In this document: piece after piece, positions 39,251 to 51,910 of the stretch
Layout: each line of letters begins with the position of its first letter
Numbering within the stretch: position 1 is the stretch's first letter
Source: Leucoraja erinacea
Taxonomy: Eukaryota
Length of the DNA: 64,000 nucleotides
Assembly (NCBI RefSeq): GCF_028641065.1
Contig: NC_073412.1
Span: 1,736,001-1,800,000, forward strand
Reading direction: 5' to 3'
Position numbers and translations under genes: made by a program
Notes under the pieces: model-generated
Seen by the model: only the letters and a program-made list of their open reading frames with translations
The model's database searches: none
What the model was told of the DNA's origin: nothing

Positions 39251-39344
39251 CACTTAGATATTTTATTAGTGCGGGTGTCAGGGGTTATGGGGAGAAGGCA
39301 GGAGAATGGGGTTGAGAGGGAGAGATAGATCAGCCATGACTGAA

Positions 39345-39620
39345 TGGCAGATTTTAGACTTGGAGTCTGCGGCCCACTGAGTCTGCACTGACCACCGAAC
39401 TAGCTCTACGCCAGCACTATGGGACTATTTACAACTTTACAGGAGCCGATGAACCTGCACGTCATTGGAGTGTGGGGGAAACCGGAGCTCCCGGAGAAAA
39501 CCCACGCTGTTACGGGGAGAGCGTGCAAACTCTGTACAGACAGCGCCCGTGGTCAGGATCGAATACGGGTCACTGGCGCTGTGAGGCAGCAACTCTACCG
39601 CTGCACCACCGTGCTGCCCA
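39345..39620 (-). mobile_element. HE1-like V-SINE (duplicate at ~58390-58665)
   Basis: Reverse complement of the above. Further copies at about 5879-6150, 10558-11005, 12945-13180 and 45990-46167. Confidence 0.8.
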
Positions 39621-40539
39621 CAGTTACCTCCAGAAATAGGTGAAAGAGTATATCAGCGATTGGGTGTTAGCAGAGATTACACATGGGACGGTCTCACCTC
39701 TACAAGGTCAACATAGAAGGCGGCCTTCTCAATCAAACCCATTTCTCAAAATAACCAGAATGTCAGATTATGTCGCCGTTTCTGTGGAGGAGAGTTATTT
39801 ACTGCGTGCCCGTGCCGTTAAACGTTGATTTACAAGCCTTCAAATTTTTTGCCGTAACCATGGCAACGCAAGTTAATTATCGGAGTCACAAACCAGAGAC
39901 GGATTCTGTTCATTCCAGACATTTACAGGTTCAATATCTGCAGCGCTAATAAATGTTTTATCTGCTGTTTCAGATATGAATAATTTTGGTTCCCAGCCGT
40001 TGAAATTAATTTATTTCCCGTTCGATAAGCGATCGAATCATTTCTTGTCTTTAATTTCATTTAATTAGTTTGTTCGCACGTTGACACGTTCTTAAAGGGG
40101 CAGTGACCCATCTAATGGCAATTCCACGCTGGGATCAGTGCTCCTCCTACACGCAGTGTGTAAAACATCTCACCGTAGCGCAGCGGTAGAGTTGCTGCCT
40201 CACAGCGCCACGGACCTGGGTTAGATCCTGAACTCAGGTGCTGTCCCCACGGAATTCATAAAGTCATAACTGATAGCCGCAGGATGAGGAGAAGAGGAGA
40301 TGTAAGGACAGGTGTTGCATCTCCAGTGGTTGCAGCGAAATGCATTTCGTTGTCTCAGTACTGTACACTGACAATGACAATTAAATTGAATCTGAATCTG
40401 AATCTGATCTGCAGGCGAAGATTCTCTGTACAATCGGTCTCCCTCCGTGGCCTTCTACTGAATGTTTACCTTTTCCAATTGAGGAACATTACTGAACCTT
40501 TCATCGCCTTGCAATAGTTTTATAAAAAGCTTAATTGGT

Positions 40540-41090
40540 TTCTGTGTCCAGTTTTGGTCTCCTAATTTGAGGAAGGACATCCTTGTGATTGAGGCAGTGC
40601 AGCGTAGGTTCACCAGATTGATCCCTGGGATGGCGGGACTGTCATATGAGGAAAGATTGGAAAGACTAGGCTTGTATTCACTGGAGTTTTGAAGGATGAG
40701 GGGAGATCTTATAGAAACATATAAAATTATAAAAGGAATGGACAAGCTAGATGCAGGAAAAATGGTCCCAATGTTGGGCGAGTCCAGGACCAGGGGCCAC
40801 ACACAGTCTTAGAATAAAGGGGAGGCCATTTAAGACTGAGGTGAGAAAAAACGTTTTCACCCAGAGAGTTGTGTATTTGTGGAATTCCCTGCCACAGAGG
40901 GCAGTGGAGGCCAAGTCACTGGATGGATTTAAGAGAGAGTTAGATAGAGCTCTAGGGGCTGGTGGAATCAAGGGATATGGGGAGGACGGGTCATTGATTG
41001 GGGACGATCAGCCATGATCACAATGAATGGCGGGGCTGGTTCAAAGGGCCGAATGGCCTCCTCCTGCACCTATTTTCTATGTTTCTATGA
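40540..41090 (+). mobile_element. CR1 LINE 3' fragment (duplicate at ~59610-60150)
   Basis: QFWSPNLRKDILVIEAVQRRF... plus tail. Confidence 0.85.
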
Positions 41091-41526
41091 ATACTTTTAT
41101 TCCGTTTTCTGTTGCCGTGGTGATTTGCTGCAAGGTTTCCCGATAAAGATATCTGACTGATTCAACAATTGAGTTTTCTTTACTCATTTCTGTCATTTTT
41201 GAGTAGTTTTGTTCAGTTTAGATTTGTGTTGTCGTGTGGGAAACAGTCCCAACAAGTTCACGCCTGCCATCGATCACCTCCTACTCTGGGTCTATGTCCC
41301 ACACACACACTAGGGACAATGTACACAAGCCAATCAACCTACAAACCCACCCGCCTTTGGAGTGTGGGAGGAAGCTTGGAGCACCCGGAGAAAACTCGCT
41401 TGGCCACGGGGAGAACGTACAAACTCCGTACAGACAGCAGCACCCGCGGTCAGGATCGAACCTGGCGCAGTGAGGCAGCAACTCCACCGCTGCCTATTGT
41501 TTCTATCATTGAACCTTGGTTCTCTT

Positions 41527-41558
41527 CTGAAGAAGGGTCTCGACCCGAAACGTCACCC
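41527..41558 (+). ncRNA. Minimal type-I hammerhead ribozyme core in a Penelope end (duplicate at 60594-60625)
   Basis: CTGAAGA-A-GGGT/CTCG/ACCC-GAAA-CG-TC-ACCC: CUGANGA, stem II, GAAA and a GUC site. The 5' strand of stem I is not complementary at this copy. Confidence 0.5.
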
Positions 41559-41779
41559 ATTCCTTCGCTCCATAGACGCTGCCCGTCCCGCTGAGTTACT
41601 CCAGCGTTTTGTGTCTATCTTGGTTCTCTGGCATTNNNNNNNNNNNNNNNNNNNNNNNNNNNNNNNNNNNNNNNNNNNNNNNNNNNNNNNNNNNNNNNNN
41701 NNNNNNNNNNNNNNNNNNNNNNNNNNNNNNNNNNNNNNNNNNNNNNNNNNNNNNNNNNNNNNNNNNNNNNNNNNNNNTA

Positions 41780-42280
41780 CCGCACAAAACAGTACAGTGG
41801 AACCGAATTTTAGGTGCCAACTATGTAATACCGTAATCCATTCTATGTACAACCTCTAGTTTTATGTTATAAGAAGGAAGTAAGCAGGACAAGAAAAAGA
41901 AAACAATAGAAAGGGGGAAAAGTGGAAAAATAGATGGTAGAGAGTAGAAAAACGTGAAGTGTGTATATATATAAAAAATAAAAAAAGGAAGAGAGAAAGT
42001 GGAAAGTAGAAATAGAAGAGAAGGCCCCTTAAAAGAGAAATTTTCAAATCTGTATTCGGAGATGTAGATCTATCCGCGGCATGAACTGAAATCAGCAATC
42101 CTTACGGTACCGCTGCATCACATGATTCCAAAAAGTCGATGAAAGGAGACCAACTCCTTAAGAATTGGTCATATTTATCTATTAGTCGGAGTCTCATTTC
42201 TTCAAGGCGTGCTATGTCCATTATATTCCTAATCCACATTTTAACAGTTGGTGTGGTTGTTGCAATAAATTCCTATCCAA
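41780..42280 (-). mobile_element. L1-clade LINE 3' end (duplicate at ~60845-61345)
   Basis: Manual minus-strand translation of ~42130-42270 gives TPTVKMWIRNIMDIARLEEMRLRLIDKYDQFLRSWSPFIDFLES, a typical L1 ORF2 C-terminus. Confidence 0.7.
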
Positions 42281-43706
42281 TTTCTTGCGGATGAGAGTCT
42301 GTGGTGCAGTAAACACCGGCTCCACGTTGCCTTGAATTGGACAATCGAGCTCCGAGGACAAATGTGGCTTGAGTGTCCCGGGAATAGATTTGTGGCCCAA
42401 CCACACCAATCCTGACGTGTAAAATAAAGCGGTTACTTTGTGCAACAAAATCATTCAGCGATGTAGTTAAATAATCAATAATAAATGTATTTATTGTCAA
42501 TTTCTGATTGAAACTGGATGGATCTGTTGAGATATAGATTGACCTTCATTGTTATTGGAGTCTGTGGTTTTCACATTGCTCTCGACCAGTGATTGCTGCA
42601 CACTGCAGATGGTTTAGTTTAGGTTCGAGACATAGAGACATAGAAACATAGACAATAGGTGCAGGAGTAGAGGCCATTCGGCCCTTCGAGCCTGCACCAT
42701 TCGCCATTCAATATGATCATGGCTGATCATCCAACTCAGTATCCCGTACCTGCCTTCTCTCCATACCCCCTGATCCCTTTAGCCACAAGGGCCACATCTA
42801 ACTCCCTCTTAAATATAGCCAATGAACTGTGGCCTCAACTACCCTCTGTGGCAGAGAAGTCCAGAATTCACCACTCTCTGTGTGAGACACAGCGCAGAAA
42901 CAGGCCCTTCGGCCCACCGAGCCCGTGCCGGCCAGCGATCCCCGCACACTGGTCGAGGGAAGTGTGTGTTGTGCAGGAGAGTGGGTGAGCTACCAAGACT
43001 CCATCTTAGGGAGCAGCCGTGAGCTCAGTGAAATGTCTGCTGCTTGCACCGTGCTCCGATCCGACCAGGAACTCCACGCTGGACACACAGTCTCCCCCCC
43101 CCCCCCCCCACCCCCCCCATCCCTGTCTGGCTCATGAACTCACACCGTGTCTGTCAGCGCCAACAATGACAGCTCGGGCTAACCTATAGGGCGGCACAGC
43201 GGTAGAGTTGCTGCCTCACAGCGCCAGAGACCCCGGTCCGATCCTGTCTTCTCCCCATAACCCCTGACACCCGCACTAATCAAGAATCTATCTATCTCTG
43301 CCTTAAAAATATCCACTGACTTGTGGCCTCCAAGGCCTTCTGTGGTAAAGAATTCCACACATTCACCGCCCTCCGACTAAAGAAATTTGAAGCCTTTTAC
43401 AGTCAGTCTGAAGAAGGGTCTCAACCCAAAACATCACCCATTCCTTCTCTCCAGAGACGCTGCCTGTCCCGCTGAGTTACTCCAGCATTTTGTGTCTACC
43501 TTCGATTTTACCAGCATCTGCAGTTCTTTCTTAAAGATTAGGGACTTCAGATGCTGGTTTACACCGAAGATAGACACAGAATGCTGGAGTTATTCAGCGT
43601 CTCTGGAGAGAAGGAATGGGTGACGTTTTCAGATTGTGATCTATTGTGCTCCTGTGAATCTGCCCAGCGGTGTGACACACCTGTTCTCTGCCTCTCTCCA
43701 CCACAG

Positions 43707-43838
43707 GGCAGCACCTGAGGTTCCCAGCCGTGGCGTTGTGGCTGACTGTCGGCCTGTCCATCTGCCTGCTGGCGTTGTTGGCTGCGCTGGGCTACGTGTG
43801 CAGGAGGAAGATTCAGCAGAGCTGCAAGGACGAGGGAG
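43707..43838 (+). CDS. CD276: CD276/B7-H3 transmembrane exon, copy 1 (132 nt, phase 1-1)
   Basis: ctctctccaccacAG acceptor and G|GTGAGT donor. Encodes GQHLRFPAVALWLTVGLSICLLALLAALGYVCRRKIQQSCKDEG (human GQPMTFPPEALWVTVGLSVCLIALLVALAFVCWRKIKQSCEEE). This frame is absent from the ORF track. Confidence 0.93.
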
Positions 43839-44569
43839 GTGAGTCCATGTTTTGTAGGCGACCCGAGCGGAATTAGGCCATTCGGCCCATCAAGTCTACT
43901 CCGCCATTCAATCATGGCTGATCTACTCTCAACCCCATTCTCCTGCCTTCTCCCCCTTACAATAGACAATAGACAATAGGTGCAGGAGTAGGCCATTCGG
44001 CCCTTCGAGCCAGCACCGCCATTCAATGCTGATCATCCCCAATCAGTACCCCGTTCCTGCCTTCTCCCCCTATTTTTAAGAGCCATATCTAGCTCTCTCT
44101 TGAAAGCATTCAGAGAACCGGCCTCCACCGCCCTCTGTGAGGCAGAGAATTCCACAGACTCACCACTCTCTGTGAGAAAAAGTGTTTCCTCATCTCCGTT
44201 TTAAATGTCTTACTCCATATTCTTAAACTGTGTGGCCCCTGGTTCTGGACTCCCACAACATCGGGAACATGTTTCCTGCCTCCAGCGTGTCCTCTGACAG
44301 GTAAGTCTGATGAGAGTCCCCAGCTTCGAGACTAATGTTTCCTCCTCTAGAATGAATGAACTGATGACAAATCACAATGAAATCCTTTGCTTGCCGGCCC
44401 AAGGTATGCGAATAGTCGCTACATAAAGGACAAAGTCGCAAAGTGTAAACATTATTCACGCCAGCTCCCCCTTTGTCCACCCCCCCCTCGAGATATTGGA
44501 ATATTAATAAATAGATAAATGAAGCCATTCTTCAATTTCCTTAGTTTGATCAATATGGGTGTTTTTAAT

Positions 44570-45303
44570 AGTAATAATAATAAATTTAATTTATGGGCGC
44601 CTTTCAAGAGTCTCAAGGACACCTTACAAAAATTTAGCAGGTAGAGGAAAAATGTGTAAGGGGAATGAAATAAATAGTAGAGACATGACTAGTACACAAA
44701 GTAAAGACAGAATTCAATACAAAACACAATACGAGGCAATTCTTGCACAGATGAAAAGGGAGGGGGACGTGGGGCTAAGGATAGGCAGAGGTGAAGAGAT
44801 GGGTCTTGAGGCGGGACTGGAAGATGGTGAGGGACACGGAATTGCGGATCAGTTGGGGGAGGGAGTTCCAGAGCCTGGGAGCTGCCCTGGAGAAGGCTCT
44901 GTCCCCAAAACTGCGGAGGTTGGACTTGTGGATGGAGAGGAGACCAGCTGATGTGGATCTGAGGGACCGTGAGGGTTGGTAGGGGGAGAGGAGGTCAGTG
45001 AGATATGGGGGGGCCAGATGGTGGAGGGCTTTGTAGGTGAGGACCAGGATTTTGTAGGTGATCCGGTGGGAGATGGGAAGCCAGTGAAGTTGTTTGAGGA
45101 CTGGAGTGATGTGATGCCAGGATTTGGTGTGGGTGATGAGTCGGGCGGCTGCGTTCTGGACCAGTTGGAGTCGGTTGATGTAGGTGGAGCTGATGCCAAG
45201 GAGAAGTGAGTTGCAGTAGTCCAGTCGGGAGGAGATGAAGGCATGGATGAGTCTTTCAGCAGCGGGAGGTGTGAGAGAGGGTCTGAGTTTGGCGATGTTG
45301 CTA
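44570..45303 (-). mobile_element. L2-clade LINE 3' end
   Basis: IHAFISSRLDYCNSLL...LQLVQNAAARL...LHWLP...GDRAFS..APRLWNSLP...LKTHLF, followed by a stem-loop tail and (TTA)n. Confidence 0.92.
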
Positions 45304-45576
45304 AATAGTAAGTTGTGGTTGAATGAGTGGAAAGGGATGCAGTTCATGAATTGAACTTTAGGCCAACAGTAAATGACAAAGTGATTGCTCATACATGTAG
45401 TGCTGATCAGTCACACAGTAGCAACTGAACGCTTTTATAAAATTACTTCACAAAATTGATCAACGCTATTTAATAACACACCATTGAGTGACAACGAGTC
45501 TCAAAGTCATCAGATTTTCACCACGTTTGAAGCTCACCTTAAGCAATAGAATCGGCTTATTAGTTATCAGTAAGTT

Positions 45577-45870
45577 GGTGGCGCAGCGGTAGAGTTGCTG
45601 CCTCACAGCGCCAGAGAACCGGGTTTGAACGGCTGCTGTCTGTACGGAGTCTGTACATTCTGCCTCTGACAGTGTGGGTTTTCTCCGGGTGCTCCGGTTT
45701 CCTCCCACACTCCAAAGACGTGCAGGTTTGTAGGTTAATTCGGTAAAAGTTGTAAATTGTCCCGTGGGTGTAGAATAGTGCGTGCGTACGGGGTGATCGC
45801 TGGTCGGCGTGGACTCGGTGGGCCAAAGGACCTGTTTCCGCGCTGTATCTCTAAACTAAACTAAACTAAA
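45577..45870 (+). mobile_element. HE1-like tRNA-derived V-SINE, near full length
   Basis: Head GGTGGCGCAGCGGTAGAG, V-domain GGTGCTCCGGTTTCCTCCCACACTCCAAAGAC, tail CTGTATCTC(TAAAC)n. Confidence 0.85.
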
Positions 45871-46436
45871 ATAAATATCAGATTGACATCGCAAGGCATG
45901 GATCGGAGAACTGATAGATAGACACAAAAAGCTGGAGTAACTCAGCGGGACAGGCAGAGAATGTATGGGTGCCGTTTCGGGTCGAGACCCTTCATCAAAC
46001 CTGTACGTCTTTAGAGTGTGGGAGGAAACCGGGGCACCCAGAGAAAACCCACGCAGGTCACGGGGAGAACGTGCAAACTCCACACAGACAGCACCCGTAG
46101 ACAGGATCGAACCTGGGTCTCTGGCGCTGTGAGGCAGCAACTCTACCGCTGTGCCACTGTGCTGCCCAATATGGAGTGATTAGCATTGAATAATATTTAC
46201 ATACACAAAGAGAAAGTCTTGGCACTGACATTTGCATGTGTACAGACACATTCTAATTTTAAATGATTTTAAAGATGAAAATCCTCACAACAAAAATTCT
46301 GACATAATTATTTGCATTATTTCATTCCATGTTTTAAAATTATTTCACTTCAAAAATTGGGTTGATGGTGTAAATATGTGCATGCCCTACATGCATGCAT
46401 AATGCTTATATATGTACATATCTTGTGCACACTTAG

Positions 46437-46600
46437 AAAGCAAAGAGTCCTTTGATGAAAATCCCACAGGCCTAACTGCTCAGGAACTGGAGCTGCTCAC
46501 GAATTAACAAATTATTAATTATCAGAGAGCTCACATCAAAACACTTGCCTATTAGAGGTGGACGTGAAGTTGATTTGCTCAATGAATTTCGCAGAATAAA
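46437..46600 (+). CDS. Speculative CD276 terminal exon (ESKESFDENPTGLTAQELELLTN*) with AATAAA at 46595
   Basis: cacttAG acceptor, open in phase 1 to TAA at 46505-46507, acidic peptide, nearby poly(A) signal. The polypyrimidine tract is weak and there is no clear homology to known B7-H3 tails. Confidence 0.2.
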
Positions 46601-47679
46601 TTTGCAAACATTGAAGTACTGGCAATAGTTTTTAGTTTCAGAGATGCAGCGAGGAAACAGGCCCTTCGGCCCACCGAGTCCGTGCCGACCAGCGATTCTC
46701 CTAGCACTGATACACTACCAGCACACACTGGGGACAATTTTACATTTGTGCAATTTTAACCTGCAAACCTGTACGTCTTTGGAGTGCGGGAGGAAACCTG
46801 GAGCACCCGGAGAAAACCCACGCAGGTCACGGGGGGAACGTACATAGAAACATAGAAATTAGGTGCAGGAGTAGGCCATTCGGCCCTTCGAGAGTACAAC
46901 GAGAGTACAAACTCCGTACAGACAGCGCCGTAGTCAGGATGGAACCCGGGTCTCTGGCGCTGTGAGGCTGCAACTCTACCGCTGGGCCACCGTGTCACCC
47001 AATAATGGAGTGATTTGCATTGAATAGTAACTGAAGGCGGAGAGAGAAAGACTTGTGTATAACTCATGCAGGAAGGAACTGCACAGTAGATAGACACAAA
47101 ATGCTGGAGTAACTCAGCGGGACAGACAGCATCTCTGGAGAAAAGGAATGGGTGATGTTTTGGGCCGTTCAGCCCATCGAGTCCACTCCACCATTCAATC
47201 ATGGCTGATCCCCTTTTGCTGCCTTCTCCCCATAACCCTCGACACCCGTTCTCATCAAGAATTTGTCTATCCCTGCCTTAAAAATATCCACTGACTTGCC
47301 CTCCACAGCCCTCTGTGGCAATGAGTTCCACAGATTCACCACCCTTTGACTAAAGAAGTTCCTCCTCACCTCCTTTCGAAAAGAGCGCCCTTTAATTCTG
47401 AGGCTGTGCCCTCTGGTCCTAGACTCTCCCACCAGTGGAAACATCCTCTCCACATCCACTCTATCGATGCCTTTCATTATTCTGTACGTTTCAATGAGGT
47501 CCTTCCCCTCAACCTTCTAAACTCCAGCGAGTACAGGCCCAGTGCTGTCAAACGCTCATCATATGCTAACCCATTCATCCCACTGTTATCCTTGCAGTGC
47601 CAGAGACCCGGGTTTGATCTTGACTGCGGGTGCTGTCTGTACGGAGTTTGCAGGTTCTCTTTGTGATAGTGGGCAAGTT

Positions 47680-48208
47680 GAGTCGAGTCAAGTCAAGTCA
47701 AGTTTATTTGTCACATACACATACGAGAAATGAAAGTGGCAATGCTCGCGGACTTTTGTGCAAAAGACAAACAACAAAACAACCAAACAAATTATAAACA
47801 CAATCATAACACACATATTCTTTTACATAATAAATAATGGAAGGAAAAACGTTCTGTAGAGTTAGTCCCTGGTGAGATAGGCGTTTACAGTCCGAATTGC
47901 CACTGGGAAGAAACTCCTTCTCAACCTCTCCGTTCTCACCGCATGGCAACGGAGGCGTTTGCCTGACCGTAGCAGCTGGAACAGTCCGTTGCTGGGGTGG
48001 AAGGGGTCTCCCATCATTTTGTTTGCACTGGAGTTGCACCTCCTGTTGTATAGTTCCTGCAGGGAGGTGAGTGAAGTTCCCATAGTGCGTTCGGCCGAAC
48101 GCACTACTCTCTGCAGAGCCTTCTTGTCCTGGGCAGAGCAATTCCCAAACCAGATGGTAATGTTCCCAGACAAGATGCTTTCCACTGCCGCTGCGTAGAA
48201 GCACTGGA
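47680..48208 (-). mobile_element. Rex1/Babar-like LINE 3' end
   Basis: FY...VESILSGNITIWFG..SAQDKKALQRVVRSAER...HP...F.LL.SGKR...RSFFP.AIR, with a (CTTGA)n tail. Confidence 0.85.
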
Positions 48209-48747
48209 GCCTTGGGGACTCTACGAACAGGACATACACTGGTCCACAGAAGAGATGGACATTTCCCAATGGGATGGTTTGTACGCCATCTTGTTGGAAA
48301 GGCCGCAATATTTTGATTGCTTCGCTGAAAAATAACGTTTGTTGTTTTCTTCAAAAGAGATAAATAGATGGCGACAGCTTTTCTCCCGCTTGTTACATCG
48401 AATAACCCATCTGTTCGAAGAATTTTGTGTTCTTACAATCAGCAAACAAAAAAAAAACCCGCAAAGAATTGTTATATTTGAAACAATGTGGAAACAGGCC
48501 CTTCAGCCCATCGAGTCCACGCCGACCAGCGATCGGCCGTATACTATTTCTTTAGTCAGAGGGTGGTGAATCTGTGCGATTCTCCCACGACCGTTACATG
48601 TGGGCAGCTTCATTTAATACCCAACAAACTGATGCCCCCCCTGCCTTCCTAGGCAGAGAGAGGAATGTTACAGCAAGTGCAGGGAAGAGAGGGATAAAGA
48701 TGCAATGGAAACAGGCCCTTCGGCCCAACTTGCCCATACCGGCCAAC

Positions 48748-49015
48748 TGGAGGAGCAGCACCTCATATTCCGCTTGGGCAGTCTGCACCCTAGCGGCATA
48801 AACATTGACTTCTCCAATTTCCGGTAGCCCTTGCTGTCTCCTCCCCTTCTCAGCTCTCCCTCAGCCCTCGGGCTCCTCCTCTTCCTTTCTCCTTTCTTCT
48901 CCCCCCCCGCCCACCACATCAGTCTGAAGAAGGGTTTCGGCCCGAAACGTTGCCTATTTCCTTCGCTCCATAGATGCTGCTGCACCTTCTGAGTTTCTCC
49001 AGCATTTTTGTCTAC
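48748..49015 (+). mobile_element. Penelope-like element 3' end
   Basis: EEQHLIFRLGSLHPSGINIDFSNFR* followed by a 3' UTR and CTGAAGAAGGGTTTCGGCCCGAAACGTT. Confidence 0.8.
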
Positions 49016-49074
49016 CTATCCCAGCTACACTAGTCCCACCTATCCCTCCAAAGCTGTCCTATCCATGTACCCGT

Positions 49075-49174
49075 NNNNNNNNNNNNNNNNNNNNNNNNNN
49101 NNNNNNNNNNNNNNNNNNNNNNNNNNNNNNNNNNNNNNNNNNNNNNNNNNNNNNNNNNNNNNNNNNNNNNNNNN
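49075..49174. other. 100-N assembly gap
   Basis: Exactly 100 N, the conventional unknown-size gap; the other N runs are 142-463 nt. Confidence 0.8.
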
Positions 49175-50499
49175 TGCGTACGCATGTAATCGCGCCCGAG
49201 ACCATCGCGGCTCAACGCAACCACAAGGTTGCGTAATTTGCGTGCCAAGGACACGCAAGTGGGACAGGCCCTTAAGGAAGCCAGCAAAAGCAAGATTCAT
49301 TCTTTGCCGTTAAGACTGTGTAATTACATCGACTTCTCAGTTAAATTAGCATTACACTCGAGACCTGGCTCCTCCCTGACTCATCTCACATTCCCAGCGG
49401 CAGCCTTCGCTAACTGCTGAAGAGACCGATGCTAATCACAGCCTTCCCCCTGGAATTGTCTGCATGTTCTGTGGGAAGGAGCTGCAGATGCTGGAGACAC
49501 AGATAATGCTGGAGCAACTCAGCGGGGCAGGCAGCGTCTCTTGAGAGGAGGAATATCGGTGACGTTTCGGGTCGAGACACGTCCCGAAACGTCACCCGTT
49601 CCTTCTCTCCAGAGACGCTGCCTGTCCCGCTGAGTTACTCAAGCATTTTGTGTCTATCTTCGGTGTAAACCAGCATCTGCAGTTCCTTCCCACACAATAA
49701 AATGAGGCCATTCGGTCTTAACATAGAAACATAGAAATTAGGTGCAGGAGTAGAGGCCATTCGGCCCTTCGAGCCTGCACCGCCATTCAATATGATCATG
49801 GCTGATCATCCAACTCAGTATCCCGTACCTGCCTTCTCTCCATACCCTCTGATCCCCTTAGCCACAAGGGCCCACATCTAACTCCCTCTTAAATATAGCC
49901 AATGAACTGGCCTCAACTACCCTCTGTGGCAGAGAGTTCCAGAGATTCACCACTCTCTGTGTGAAAAAAAGTTATTCTCATCTCGTCTTCTGAAGGAACT
50001 ATCCCTGGACTGTTCCGTTGCCAGACTGCATAACTCCACATAGACTGGGGGTTTGAAACACAATTCCTGTGCATAGGCTCCCAGCAGTCTGAAGAAGGGT
50101 TTCGGCCCGAAACGTCGCCTATTTCCTTTGCTCCATAGATGCTGCTGCACCCGCTGAGTTTCTCCAGCATTTATGGGCGAGATGCCCTTCTGGGTGAGAT
50201 GCTAACTGCATTCCGTTGACTCTGTACTGTACACTGCACAATGATAATAAAGATTGAATCTAAATCTGAATCTGACCCTGTGGGTTTCCTCGGGCGCTCC
50301 AGTTTTCTCCCACATCACAAAGACATGCGGGGTTTGTAGGTTGACTGGCCTCGGTAAGATTGTCCCTGGTATGTGTAGTATTGTATTGTATTGTATTCAA
50401 ATTTATTGTCATTGTCTCAATTTGAGACAACGAAATGAATTTCCCTTTACAGTCAGTATCATAAAAAAAAATCACACACAAATAAATAAATAATATAAT

Positions 50500-51088
50500 A
50501 TAACCATATAACCATATAACAATTACAGCACGGAAACAGGCCATCTCGACCCTTCTAGTCCGTGCCGAACACATAATCTCCCCTAGTCCCATATACCTGC
50601 GCTCAGACCATAACCCCCACTCCCTTCCCATCCATATAACTATCCAATTTATTTTTAAATGATAAAAACGAACCTGCCTCCACCACCTTCACTGGAAGCT
50701 CATTCCACACAGCTACCACTCTCTGAGTAAAGAAGTTCCCCCTCATGTTACCCCTAAACTTCAGTCCCTTAATTCTCATGTCATGTCCCCTTGTTTGAAT
50801 CTTCCCTACTCTCAGTGGGAAAAGCTTTTCCACGTCAACTCTGTCTATCCCTCTCATCATTTTAAAAAACCTCTATCAAGTCCCCCCTTAACCTTCTGCG
50901 CTCCAAAGAATAAAACCCTAACTTGTTCAACCTTTCTCTGTAACTTAGTTGCTGAAACCCAGGCAACATTCTAGTAAATCTCCTCTGTACTCTCTCTATT
51001 TTGTTGACATCCTTCCTATAATTCGGCGACCAAAATTGTACACCATACTCCAGAATTGGCCTCACCAATGCCTTGTACAATTTTAACG
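50500..51088 (-). mobile_element. CR1 LINE 3' fragment present only in duplicate copy 2
   Basis: LYKALVRPILEYGVQFWSP...; absent at the homologous site ~32900. Confidence 0.8.
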
Positions 51089-51910
51089 TTAATAAAACAT
51101 TTTTAAAGTAAAATTGAAATTGAATTAAAAAAAAAAAAAAACCAACACAGAAAGTCCACGACACAACATAACATAAATGGCACCAAGGTGAGTGTAGGAC
51201 AGAACTAGTGTGAATGCTGGAGAAACTCAGCGGGTGCAGCAGCATCTATGGAGCAAGGGAAATAGGCAACGTTTCGGGCCGAAACCCGGAAGGGTTTCGA
51301 CCCGAAACGTTACCTATTTCCTTCAGGATTTCGTCCCGAAACGTTGCCTATTCCCTTCGCTCCATAGATGCTGCTGCACCCGCTGAGTTTCTCCAGCATT
51401 TTTGTCTACCTTCGATTTTCCAGCATCTGCAGTTCCTTCTTAACCACTCCCATGCAGTATGTTGGGGGCCTGCTTCTGTGCTAGATCTCTAAGCTCAGTT
51501 GCATCCATTATAGGCACATTCTATGGGGAATGCACGCTGATTTTTTTTTTTTAAATGGTCGTAGAGTCTATGTGGAGTTAGAGAGCCTGGCAACCCTGGA
51601 TAGTTTCTCCAGGGATAGTTTCTTCAGAAGGCCGAATGGCCTCATTTTATTGTGCAGGAAGGAACTGCAGATGCTGCTTTGCACCAAAGATAGACACACA
51701 ATTCTGGAGTAATGCCCCCTGTCCCACTTAGGAAACCTCTGGAGACTTTGCGCCCCACCCAAGGTTTCCGTGCGGTTCCCGGAGGTTTTTGTCAGTCTCC
51801 CTACCTGCTTCCACTACCTGCAACCTCCGGGAACCTCCGGGAACCGCACGGAAACCTTGGATGGGGCGCAAAGTCTCCAGAGGTTTCCATGGAGGTTTCC
51901 TAAGTGGGAC

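Larger units (their letters stand above)
31152..44669 (+). repeat. Segmental duplicate, copy 1
   Basis: Collinear with 49175-64000 over its whole length, including the TM exon. Confidence 0.95.

Noticed and set aside
40092-40110. TTAA-AGGGGCAGTG as a Kolobok-type terminus
   Set aside because: No matching opposite end was found.
17766-43706. Second IgV/IgC pair (4-Ig B7-H3)
   Set aside because: No Ig-like translation was seen in the unmasked sequence; most N runs are too short to hide a V or C exon and lie next to simple repeats.
44307-44335. CTGATGAG hairpin as a hammerhead
   Set aside because: No GAAA follows the putative stem II.
44351-44403. Possible cytoplasmic exon after the TM exon
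   Set aside because: In the required phase it reads GAA TGA (immediate stop).
45577-45640. tRNA genes
   Set aside because: These are SINE heads with degenerate A/B boxes, continuous with V-domain and LINE-like tails.
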